Virus record (IMG/VR): IMGVR_UViG_2541047125_000015
Length of the DNA stretch: 10,640 nt
Reading direction: 5' to 3' (one strand)
Source of the DNA: a virus
Lineage: Duplodnaviria > Heunggongvirae > Uroviricota > Caudoviricetes
The notes below the pieces were generated by a model. The model did not search any database, was not told the origin of the DNA, and worked only from the letters and a program-made list of their open reading frames with translations. This document shows positions 1 to 7,164 of this stretch, in pieces. Every line of letters begins with the position of its first letter. Positions within the stretch are counted from its first letter, which is position 1. The position numbers and the translations under genes were made by a program.

Positions 1-51
1 TAATTCCTGGCTAAACATCAAAAAGGCGACGTTGCCAGCGTATCCGGCACG

Positions 52-237
52 ATGCAGGTCAGCCAGTGGACCGGACAGAACGGGGAAACGCGGCAGGGTT
101 ATCAGGTTATTGCAGACAGCGTAATCAGTGCCCGTGCGGCACGTCCTGGTGGGAGCCGACGCAAGACCACAGGCACACAGGGTAATCAGCCACCAGCGGG
201 AGGCGATGACCCTTACGGTGATGATATTCCGTTCTGA
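52..237 (+). CDS. SSB-like C-terminal fragment (single-stranded DNA-binding protein tail); probably a truncated or disrupted ssb
   Basis: ORF ends ...PPAGGDDPYGDDIPF, the acidic DDIPF tip typical of bacterial and phage SSB. Upstream residues QWTGQNGETRQGYQVIADSV align by eye with the E. coli SSB segment KWTDQSGQDRYTTEVVVNV. An in-frame TAA sits at 1..3 and there is no Shine-Dalgarno before ATG52, so this is not a normal full-length ssb. Confidence 0.45.
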   Translation: MQVSQWTGQNGETRQGYQVIADSVISARAARPGGSRRKTTGTQGNQPPAGGDDPYGDDIPF

Positions 238-249
238 GGGGTGGGGACG

Positions 250-522
250 ATGGTACATGACCGCATAGCGGAAGAACTGGAGGCGAAAGGCTTTTACCGG
301 AGAGCGTCGGCGCGATGGGGTGAAGTCATGCAACTGGTGGAGACAGACAAGGAACGGCATCAGGTTACGATGCGACGGCTGGAATGTTCCAGGAAGGCAC
401 AGAGGCCACCGGAGCCGCCGGATAATTACGGAGACCTGAAAAAGGCGGTCGATCGCACTTATGCCGAAATGGGTATGGATGGTGCTGGTGATGAAATATG
501 GCGAAATTACCAGGACAGATAA
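250..522 (+). CDS. PerC-family transcriptional regulator-like small protein
   Basis: 91 aa from ATG250 (track start GTG241). MVHDRIAEELEAKGFYRRASARWGEVM...DKERHQVTMRRLEC fits the E..LE.KG.WRRAA.RW...D.ER.....RR..C pattern I recall for prophage PerC-like proteins. Recalled from memory, not searched. Start lies 13 nt after the SSB-like stop. Confidence 0.6.
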   Translation: MVHDRIAEELEAKGFYRRASARWGEVMQLVETDKERHQVTMRRLECSRKAQRPPEPPDNYGDLKKAVDRTYAEMGMDGAGDEIWRNYQDR

Positions 523-529
523 TCACACA

Positions 530-550
530 GCCGGAGCAATCCGGCTTTTT
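530..550 (+). terminator. Rho-independent terminator after the PerC-like gene
   Basis: GCCGGA-gcaa-TCCGGC hairpin followed directly by TTTTT, starting 8 nt after the TAA at 520..522. Confidence 0.55.
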
Positions 551-570
551 GTCATGTTTTGTAAATTATT

Positions 571-600
571 TGTTCGTGGTTGTTCCACGTTGTTCGCTGA
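571..600. repeat. Three helically phased TGTTC(G/C) direct repeats
   Basis: tgttcgtggt / tgttccacgt / tgttcgctga: TGTTC begins at 571, 581 and 591, exactly 10 bp apart. The same motif recurs at 8248 and 8258. Confidence 0.5.
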
Positions 601-672
601 CCGGATCGGCATATTTTACCCGAACTGAATCATGATTATTCTCGCCCGTGGTGCCAGGACGCTGGGGCCACT

Positions 673-719
673 TTCCCGCCTGTTAATGTGCTCGCCAATA
701 TTCATTACCAGGCGGGAAA
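673..719. promoter_or_regulatory. 16-bp imperfect inverted repeat upstream of the capsid gene
   Basis: ttcccgcctgttaatg (673..688) and cattaccaggcgggaa (704..719) are reverse complements with one mismatch, separated by 15 nt; no T-tract follows, so it is not a canonical terminator. Confidence 0.4.
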
Positions 720-809
720 ACGATCGGTGCGATTGCTGATTTCCTTATGAAAAACGGTTGAGTGTTTGCCGCGTCCTGGAGTTCCTTACTTAACTTCAGG
801 ACTTTTTTT

Positions 810-1967
810 ATGCCGAGAATAATCGAATTACGCCAGCAGAAAACCGCCATTAAAAATCAGATGCGCGACATGCTGGAGAACGCGGAAAAAGAAAACCGCA
901 GCCTTAACGATGCTGAGGGCGCAAAATTTGACGAATTACGCGCTAAAGCTGAATCCCTCGATAAAGACATCTCCCGCCTTGAGGCCGTTGCTGACGAAGA
1001 GCGCAGTAAACCAGGCAAAAACAGCCAGACCACTGACCCCGCCGAACTACGTCACTACATTCTGACAGGTGAAACCCGCGCATTGAGTACAGGCGTTCCC
1101 GCTGATGGTGGTTATACCGTTATCCCCGAACTGAACACCGAAATCATGCGAATGCTGACGGATGAATCCACCATGCGCCGCATCTGTACCGTGAAGAAAA
1201 TCAGCAGCAACGAGTTTAAGCAGCTTGTTTCCGCTGGCGGTGCGACCGTTAACCACGGTGAAGAGGGTAAGGCACGCGAACAGACCAGCACCCCGCAGAT
1301 TAACGAGGTGAGCATTAAGCTGTATCCGGTCTATGCGTACCCGCGCACCACGCAGGAAATCGTGGATTTTTCCGATGTGGACATCCTTTCATGGCTGACG
1401 GGCGAGATTGGCGACACCTTCACGGAAACCGAAGAAAGCGATCTGGTTGTGGGCGACGGTGACAAAAAAGCAAAAGGTTTTTTATCCGTACCCCGTGCAG
1501 AGAAGAACGACAAAGAGCGTGATTTTGGTACGTTGCAGGTAATTAAACCTTCCGAATCTCTGGCGTGGACATCTGCGGACCCGCTGATCGACCTGAAATT
1601 TGCATTACGTAAAAAATACCGCAAAAACGCGGTTTGGGTGGTTAACTCCACGACGGCGGCAAAACTCCAGAAGGTGAAGAACGCGAACGGTGATTACATC
1701 TGGCGCGACCGTTTACAGGCGGGTGATCCTGATACGTTGCTGGGCCTTCCGGTCGAATATCTGGAGTTTATGCCTGATAACGTTATTGCCCTGGGTGACT
1801 TCAAACGCGGTTACTACATTGTTGATCACGAAACAGGTGTTCGCACCAGACCGGACAACCTCACAGAGCCGGGCTTTATCAAAATTTTCACGCAGAAATA
1901 TTTAGGCGGTGGCGTGGTGGATTCGAACGCTATAAAGATTCTGGAACTGCCGCAGGACGACGATTAA
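810..1967 (+). CDS. Phage major capsid protein, HK97 family
   Basis: 385 aa from ATG810 (track ORF starts at GTG762; ATG810 has a better-placed SD-like cagga). N-terminal charged coiled-coil delta-like segment, then a large domain with motifs typical of HK97-fold capsids (ADGGYTVIPEL..., GDFKRGYYIVDH). Length and position next to the protease fit. Confidence 0.9.
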   Translation: MPRIIELRQQKTAIKNQMRDMLENAEKENRSLNDAEGAKFDELRAKAESLDKDISRLEAVADEERSKPGKNSQTTDPAELRHYILTGETRALSTGVPADGGYTVIPELNTEIMRMLTDESTMRRICTVKKISSNEFKQLVSAGGATVNHGEEGKAREQTSTPQINEVSIKLYPVYAYPRTTQEIVDFSDVDILSWLTGEIGDTFTETEESDLVVGDGDKKAKGFLSVPRAEKNDKERDFGTLQVIKPSESLAWTSADPLIDLKFALRKKYRKNAVWVVNSTTAAKLQKVKNANGDYIWRDRLQAGDPDTLLGLPVEYLEFMPDNVIALGDFKRGYYIVDHETGVRTRPDNLTEPGFIKIFTQKYLGGGVVDSNAIKILELPQDDD

Positions 1968-1976
1968 CAGCACACC

Positions 1977-2006
1977 GAAGGGGCTAAAAAGCCCCTTCTC
2001 TGTTTT
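1977..2006 (+). terminator. Rho-independent terminator after the capsid gene
   Basis: GAAGGGGC-taaaaa-GCCCCTTC (8-bp perfect stem) followed by tctgtttt, 10 nt after the capsid stop. Confidence 0.7.
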
Positions 2007-2021
2007 ACAGGTGAAAAAATT

Positions 2022-2579
2022 ATGATGAGTATGGAAATCCGGTCATCGGAAATCACCACCAGCGGCAGCAACACGCTTACGGGCTACGTTGTTCGCTGGG
2101 ATAACCTTTCAGAACTGCTATGGGGCGAATTTTACGAAAAATTCCAGCGGGGGGCGTTTACTGAATGGCTTGCGGTGGGTAATGACGTTCGCGGCCTGTA
2201 TGAGCATGACCACAGCATGTTACTGGGGCGCACCCGTTCCGGTACGCTGAGACTGGAAGAGGATGACACAGGGTTACGTTTTGAACTGATCCCACCGGAT
2301 ACCAGCACAGGGCGGGACGTTATCGAACTGGTTAAACGTGGTGACATCTCGGGCATGAGCTTTGGCTTTCGTTCCCGTAAGGATGTATGGGATACGACAG
2401 TCGATCCATGTGTGCGTACTGTACTGATAGCGGAACTGTACGAAATTACCGTGACATCCGTACCGGCTTACCCTGATTCCGGCGTGGAGCTGGCCCGCCG
2501 TTCCCTGTATGAGCAGCACCCTGAAAAAATGCCTCGTGCGGATAATCGCCGCTGGTGGGCGGATTTAGCGGGGGTGTGA
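2022..2579 (+). CDS. Prohead (maturation) protease, HK97 family
   Basis: 185 aa; GYVVRWDNLSE...RGLYEHDHSMLLGRTRSGTLRLEEDDTGLRFELIPPDTSTGRDVIELVKRGDISGMSFGF is the conserved core of HK97-type prohead proteases. SD-like aggtga 8 nt upstream. Confidence 0.9.
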   Translation: MMSMEIRSSEITTSGSNTLTGYVVRWDNLSELLWGEFYEKFQRGAFTEWLAVGNDVRGLYEHDHSMLLGRTRSGTLRLEEDDTGLRFELIPPDTSTGRDVIELVKRGDISGMSFGFRSRKDVWDTTVDPCVRTVLIAELYEITVTSVPAYPDSGVELARRSLYEQHPEKMPRADNRRWWADLAGV

Positions 2580-2580
2580 T

Positions 2581-3792
2581 ATGTGGCCTTTCAGAAGAAA
2601 AAAAGAGCAGCGCAGCATGACGCTTGATGAGTTTATGGCGCTGGCTGGCACATCGAACACGGGGGCGGGTGAGTACGTATCATCGGGGACAGCGGAATCA
2701 CTGCCCGCCGTCATGAACGCCGTCACGGTCATCTCTGAGGCGGTGGCTACCATGCCGTGTTACCTGTACCTGGTACGCAATGAGAAGGGGAAGGAGGCCC
2801 GAGAGTGGCTTGATTCTCATCCGGTCGATCACATCCTCAACGAGCGCCCGAACGCATGGCAAACCCCCTACCAGTTTAAGCGAATGATGATCCGCCACTG
2901 CCTGTTAAACGGTAATGCTTATGCGGTGATTCGGTGGGGGCGTGATGGTTTTCCGGTGGCTTTACATCCTTACCCGCCGCAGTCGGTGAACGTGGAGCAG
3001 ACAGGTGAGCATAACTGGCGCTACTGCATCACTGACGCCTACACCGGAAACACCCGCAACTATTTACCGTGGGAGGTTCTCCACCTTCGTTACTCCACGG
3101 ATGACGGTTTTATGGGGCGCTCACCTGTAACCATCTGCCGCGAATCGCTGGGGCTTGGGCTGGCCCAACAACGCCACGGCGCGAGCGTGATGCGTGATGG
3201 CATGATGGCGGCAGGGGTTATCACGTCAGGCGAGTGGCTGGACGGCGTGAAGGGTAAACAGGCATTAGCCGCACTGGAACGCTACAAAGGGGCCAGAAAC
3301 GCCGGAAAAACGCCCATCCTTGAAGGGGGTATGAGCTATCAGCAGCTGGGCATGAGTAATCAGGATGCTGAATGGCTGGCCTCCCGTCGCTTCACCATTG
3401 AAGACATCGCCCGAATGTTCAACGTCTCGCCGATTTTTTTGCAGGAATACAGCAACAGCACCTACAGCAATTTCAGCGAGGCAAGCCGCGCATTTCTCAC
3501 CATGACGATGCGCCCGTGGCTGGCGAACTTTGAGCAGCAGATAAAAAACGCCCTGCTGGTGGCCTCGCCTGTACCTGGTATCCGGTATCAGGTGGAGTTT
3601 GACAGCGCGGACCTGTTACGGGCCACACCTGGCGAACGCTTTGCCACCTATGAACGCGGCATCAAATCCGGCGTTATGTGCCCGAACGAAGCCCGCGAAC
3701 GTGAAGGGCTGTCCCCGCGTGATGGTGGTGATGAGTTCAGCCAGGCATGGAAACAGGAAGTAAAAATCAGCGAGGGAGAAAAACCGGAATGA
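2581..3792 (+). CDS. Phage portal protein, HK97 family
   Basis: 403 aa; portal-like blocks (LPAVMNAVTVISEAVATMP, NGNAYAVI, FTIEDIARMFNVSPIFLQEYSNSTYSNFSEASRAF). Start is 1 nt after the protease stop. Confidence 0.9.
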   Translation: MWPFRRKKEQRSMTLDEFMALAGTSNTGAGEYVSSGTAESLPAVMNAVTVISEAVATMPCYLYLVRNEKGKEAREWLDSHPVDHILNERPNAWQTPYQFKRMMIRHCLLNGNAYAVIRWGRDGFPVALHPYPPQSVNVEQTGEHNWRYCITDAYTGNTRNYLPWEVLHLRYSTDDGFMGRSPVTICRESLGLGLAQQRHGASVMRDGMMAAGVITSGEWLDGVKGKQALAALERYKGARNAGKTPILEGGMSYQQLGMSNQDAEWLASRRFTIEDIARMFNVSPIFLQEYSNSTYSNFSEASRAFLTMTMRPWLANFEQQIKNALLVASPVPGIRYQVEFDSADLLRATPGERFATYERGIKSGVMCPNEAREREGLSPRDGGDEFSQAWKQEVKISEGEKPE

Positions 3793-4127
3793 ACATAGGG
3801 CGACTGCGTGACAGGATAACGATTCAGACCCTGAAACAGACCAGGGATATAACCGGCGAAATACTCGAAACGTGGGTGGACGGTCACACACTCTGGGCAA
3901 GCGTGAACATGATCAGCAGCAAGGAGGCCATTTCATCGGGTGCAGAACTGGCGACTGGAACGGTAAGGATATGGATACGCTACAGGAAGGACATCAACGC
4001 CACCAGCCGGATAAAGGTCAATACGGGGCCGCTGGCGGGGCGTGTACTGAATATCATCGGGCAGCCGCTGCCGGATGCCGCCAGGACACGCCTTGAAATT
4101 CTTTGTCGTGAGGGCGCGGAAAAATGA
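3789..4127 (+). CDS. Head-tail adaptor / head closure protein (SPP1 gp16-like head-tail joining family)
   Basis: 113 aa from ATG3789, which overlaps the portal stop as ATGA (track ORF starts further upstream at 3747 inside the portal). RDRITIQTLKQTRDITGEILETWVDGHTLWASV...VRIWIRYRKDI...RLEILCRE matches the family pattern R.RI.I....TRD..G...E.W....WA.V ... IRYR.DI. Confidence 0.75.
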   Translation: MNIGRLRDRITIQTLKQTRDITGEILETWVDGHTLWASVNMISSKEAISSGAELATGTVRIWIRYRKDINATSRIKVNTGPLAGRVLNIIGQPLPDAARTRLEILCREGAEK

Positions 4128-4420
4128 CAGAAGAACTTATCACCCTGGAAGAAGTGAAACTCCATTGCCGCATCGATGGCGACGAGGAAGACCAGTTAAT
4201 CAGCGGATACATCGCCGCATCGCTTGAGGCGTGCCAGATACACATAGGCAGGCGCTTTGATGACGGGCTGGAGTTCACGCCAGCCATAAAGATTGGCTGC
4301 ATGATGTTTATCGCTCACCTGTATGAAAATCGCCAGATTGTCGCGGATAACGCAAAAACACGCGTACCCATGACGATTGGTGCACTCTGGACGGCTTACC
4401 GTGATGTGGGGGTGTACTGA
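4124..4420 (+). CDS. gp6-like head-tail connector protein
   Basis: 98 aa; LITLEEVKLHCRIDGDEEDQLISGYIAASLEA is the characteristic N-terminus of gp6-like connector proteins. Start overlaps the adaptor stop by 4 nt. Confidence 0.8.
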   Translation: MTEELITLEEVKLHCRIDGDEEDQLISGYIAASLEACQIHIGRRFDDGLEFTPAIKIGCMMFIAHLYENRQIVADNAKTRVPMTIGALWTAYRDVGVY

Positions 4421-4860
4421 TGCCGTGGCAACCATTAAGACGATGCACAGAACCAGGCTGTAACAGGCGCGTGAAGTCCGGCAAGTGTGAGGAGCACAGG
4501 CGGGCGGCATGGCGTGCAGAGGATGCCAGACGAGGACACCGCCGCGCGCGTGGGTACTCCAGACAGTGGGACAAATACCGCGCCATGTATCTGAGTAAAA
4601 ACCCGTTATGCGTGCGATGCCTTGAGAAGGGGATATATACGCCCGCCGTGGTGGTGGATCACATTATCCCGATTAATGGCGGTGATGATGTTCTCTTCTG
4701 GCCCGAATGGAACCATCAGCCATTGTGCCAGGCGTGCCATAACCAGAAAACGAAATGGCTTGATCCGGCAACAAAAAGCAAGCGTGCCGCAGGTGGATTT
4801 CGTGAAGAGGAAGAACGGGCCGCTAACCGCAATAACTGGATGTATGACGCTGATGAATGA
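4420..4860 (+). CDS. HNH endonuclease (phage packaging-associated)
   Basis: 146 aa; Cys-rich N-terminus (CTEPGC...GKCEEH), then VVDHIIPI...NHQPLCQACHNQKT, the HNH His/Asn and zinc-binding Cys/His pattern. Sits immediately upstream of terS as in HK97-like phages; start overlaps the connector stop by 1 nt. Confidence 0.85.
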   Translation: MPWQPLRRCTEPGCNRRVKSGKCEEHRRAAWRAEDARRGHRRARGYSRQWDKYRAMYLSKNPLCVRCLEKGIYTPAVVVDHIIPINGGDDVLFWPEWNHQPLCQACHNQKTKWLDPATKSKRAAGGFREEEERAANRNNWMYDADE

Positions 4861-5026
4861 GCGGGAACAAAACCGCCTTATCCGTGGACTTATAAGGCAG
4901 CGTGACGCATGGAAGACACAGGAAACAGGGCATAAAGATAAAGCGTCAGGACGCGCAGAACGCATCACAGCGAAGCGATTAACCGACCGTGACTGCGAGG
5001 TTATGGAATGTTTCCGCAATCGCTGA
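4844..5026 (+). CDS. Possible small basic ORF between HNH and terS (uncertain)
   Basis: Only the distal 60 codons of track ORF 4622..5026 lie outside the HNH gene. ATG4844 or ATG4853 would give about 58-61 aa (MNEREQNRLIRGLIRQRDAWK...). No convincing SD; may be non-coding cos-flanking DNA. Confidence 0.2.
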   Translation: MTLMNEREQNRLIRGLIRQRDAWKTQETGHKDKASGRAERITAKRLTDRDCEVMECFRNR

Positions 5027-5037
5027 TGAGGCTGTAT

Positions 5038-5082
5038 GACGGGGTGGGGGGCGTTTTCAGGACAAACCCGCCCCCGCCGGGC
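5038..5082. promoter_or_regulatory. Candidate cos / terminase recognition region (G-run and C-run dyad)
   Basis: gacggggtggggggcg ... cccgcccccgccgggc; gggggcg (5047..5053) is complementary to cgccccc (5069..5075). It lies in the 288-bp gap between HNH and terS, where HK97-like phages place cos. An AT-rich stretch follows. Confidence 0.3.
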
Positions 5083-5148
5083 ACCGAACGCCTCCTCAAA
5101 TTTTTATGCACGGGAATTTTTTGAAAAATAATCTGACGAAAAATAAAC

Positions 5149-5505
5149 ATGGCAAGACCACCGAAAGCCCCCGCCTACCTTGATGACATCGCCGTAAAGC
5201 AGTGGCGGGAAAAATCGCGCCAGCTTGCGGAACGGGGAGACCTCACCCCCGCCGACTGGAGTAATCTCGAACTGTATTGCGTCAACTACTCGATATACAG
5301 GAAAGCCGTCGCAGACCTTGCGGCACGCGGGTTCAGCATTGTTAACAGTCAGGGCGGAGAGAGCAGAAACCCCGCATTAAGCGCGAAATCCGACGCTGAA
5401 AGAGTGATGATAAAAATGGCCTCCTTGCTTGGTTTTGACCCGATAAGCCGCCGTAAAAATCCACCGGAAACAGAAGAAGAGGACGAGCTTGACCACCTGG
5501 AATAA
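5149..5505 (+). CDS. terS: Terminase small subunit, P27 family
   Basis: 118 aa; LTPADWSNLELYCVNYSIYRKAVADLAARGF...NPALSAKSDAERVMIKMASLLGF fits the P27-type small terminase pattern, and it sits directly upstream of terL. Confidence 0.85.
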   Translation: MARPPKAPAYLDDIAVKQWREKSRQLAERGDLTPADWSNLELYCVNYSIYRKAVADLAARGFSIVNSQGGESRNPALSAKSDAERVMIKMASLLGFDPISRRKNPPETEEEDELDHLE

Positions 5506-7150
5506 GTACGCAGAAGACGTAAAAACGGGCAAAATTCCGGCCTGTAAACGGTTAAAACAGGCCGTTAAACGGTACTTTTCGGACCTTAAAAGTCCCCTTT
5601 ACACGTTCGATAGTGAGGTTGTGGAGCGGTTTATTGCCTTTTCAAGGGTGTGCCCGCACGTAAAAGGGCCGTTGCGTGGCAGACCCATTGAGCTGGAGCC
5701 GTGGCAGCAGTTCGCCTTTGCGTGCATCCTGGGTTTTAAGGTTAAGGCCACCGGACGGCGCAAATACTCGAGCGCTTTTATCGAAGTACCGCGAAAAAAT
5801 GCGAAATCCACGACCGCCGCGATTCTGGCTGACTGGTTTCTGATTATGGAGAACGGGCAGCAGGATATTTACACCGCAGCGGTGAGCCGTGACCAGGCAC
5901 GGATCGTGTTTGATGATGCGCGTCAGATGTGCCTTTTATCCCGACCGTTACGCAGGCGGGTGAATATTCAGGCCCACAAGGTGATACACCCGAAAACCAA
6001 CAGCCTGTTAAAGCCGCTGGCAGCAAAAGCGGCAACCATCGAGGGGACAAACCCGAGTCTTGCCATTGTGGACGAATATCACCTGCACCCCGATAACGGC
6101 GTTTATTCCGCGCTTGAGCTGGGGATGGGTGCACGTCCCGAAGGGCTGTTATTTGCCATTACCACATCGGGAAGTAACGTCGTTTCAGCCTGTAAGCAGC
6201 ACTATGATTATTGCTGCCAGATCCTGGACGGCGAAGAGGTCAACGAATCGCTTTTTGTGCTGATTTACGAGCTGGACGATGAAAACGAGGTTGACGATCC
6301 GGCGATGTGGATAAAGGCGAATCCCAATATCGATGTTTCCGTTGATCGTGAAAAACTGGCCTCAACCATCCAGAAAGCGCGGGGTATTCCGTCGCAGTGG
6401 GTGGAGATGATGACAAAGCGGTTTAACATCTGGTGCCAGGGGGCCACCCCGTGGATGGGTAACGGGGCGTGGGCTGAGTGTGCCGGAACGTTCACGGAGG
6501 AGGATTTACACGGCCAGGAATGTTACGCGGGGCTTGATTTGTCATCCACAAGCGACATTTCCAGCGTGTGCTATGCCTTTCCGGTCGGCAAAAAAATTAT
6601 GCTGCTTTCCCGTCACTATCTGCCGGAATTTCAGCTACAGAACCCCGCCAACAAGAACCGGGCCATTTATCGCCAGTGGGCTAAATCGGGCTGGTTGCGG
6701 ATAACGCCGGGCGACTGCATTGATTACGACCGGATCCGCGATGACATCATGGAGGACGCGGAAAAATTTGATATCAGGCTGGTGGGCTTTGATACGTGGA
6801 ACGCCACGCATCTCAGGACGCAATTACAGGGGGCAGGGTTTGAGGTTGAGCCGTTCCCGCAAACCTATCTGAGATTCAGTCCGGCGGCGAAATCGTTCGA
6901 AGTTTTTGTTAACCGCAGGGTGATAGTCCATCGTGATGATCCGGTGTTGTCGTGGTCGATGAGTAACGTCGTGATGCAGAGTGACGCGAACGCCAATATC
7001 AAGCCAAACAAGAAAAAATCACCGAACAAGATAGACCCGAGCGTGGCGGCACTGATGGCGTTTGGCACATTCCAGGCAGAGCATGAAGATTTTGCTTTTG
7101 ATATAAGCGACAGCCACCGCGAAAAACTGGAAGAATTTAACGGGGTGTGA
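5489..7150 (+). CDS. terL: Terminase large subunit
   Basis: 553 aa; an ATPase-like N-terminal region (PRKNAKSTTAA) and a nuclease-like C-terminal region. Starts at TTG5489, the only start codon after the in-frame stop at 5444..5446, with SD gagga 5 nt upstream. Overlaps terS by 17 nt. Confidence 0.9.
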   Translation: MTTWNKYAEDVKTGKIPACKRLKQAVKRYFSDLKSPLYTFDSEVVERFIAFSRVCPHVKGPLRGRPIELEPWQQFAFACILGFKVKATGRRKYSSAFIEVPRKNAKSTTAAILADWFLIMENGQQDIYTAAVSRDQARIVFDDARQMCLLSRPLRRRVNIQAHKVIHPKTNSLLKPLAAKAATIEGTNPSLAIVDEYHLHPDNGVYSALELGMGARPEGLLFAITTSGSNVVSACKQHYDYCCQILDGEEVNESLFVLIYELDDENEVDDPAMWIKANPNIDVSVDREKLASTIQKARGIPSQWVEMMTKRFNIWCQGATPWMGNGAWAECAGTFTEEDLHGQECYAGLDLSSTSDISSVCYAFPVGKKIMLLSRHYLPEFQLQNPANKNRAIYRQWAKSGWLRITPGDCIDYDRIRDDIMEDAEKFDIRLVGFDTWNATHLRTQLQGAGFEVEPFPQTYLRFSPAAKSFEVFVNRRVIVHRDDPVLSWSMSNVVMQSDANANIKPNKKKSPNKIDPSVAALMAFGTFQAEHEDFAFDISDSHREKLEEFNGV

Positions 7151-7164
7151 ATGAGGTTCCAGGC

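Noticed and set aside
762-809. N-terminal extension of the capsid protein from GTG762
   Set aside because: The extension (MFAASWSSLLNFRTFF) is hydrophobic and unlike capsid N-termini; ATG810 has a better-placed SD-like sequence and starts at the conserved coiled-coil segment.
1047-1651. Minus-strand ORFs antisense to the capsid gene (1047..1256, 1112..1315, 1331..1651)
   Set aside because: Fully embedded antisense in a well-supported capsid gene; Ser/Cys/Arg-rich translations typical of antisense frames.
1690-1905. Plus-strand 71-aa ORF inside the capsid gene in another frame
   Set aside because: Frame shadow within the capsid coding sequence.
2132-2898. Minus-strand ORFs antisense to the protease and portal genes (2132..2356, 2274..2519, 2565..2753, 2698..2898)
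   Set aside because: Embedded antisense in strongly supported genes; no independent signals.
3616-4586. Overlapping alternative-frame and antisense ORFs in the adaptor/connector/HNH region (3616..3900, 3648..3887, 3872..4096, 3980..4165, 4054..4302, 4196..4510, 4308..4586)
   Set aside because: All overlap better-supported + strand genes whose products match recognisable families; these are frame shadows in GC-rich coding DNA.
4606-5019. Minus-strand 137-aa ORF and the full-length + strand 134-aa ORF 4622..5026
   Set aside because: Their upstream halves overlap the HNH gene out of frame. Only the distal part of the + strand ORF is kept as a low-confidence possibility.
5599-7068. ORFs inside terL on either strand (5599..5811, 5844..6134, 6060..6263, 6265..6495, 6480..6704, 6635..6823, 6865..7068)
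   Set aside because: Embedded in the terL coding sequence; translations are not protein-like.
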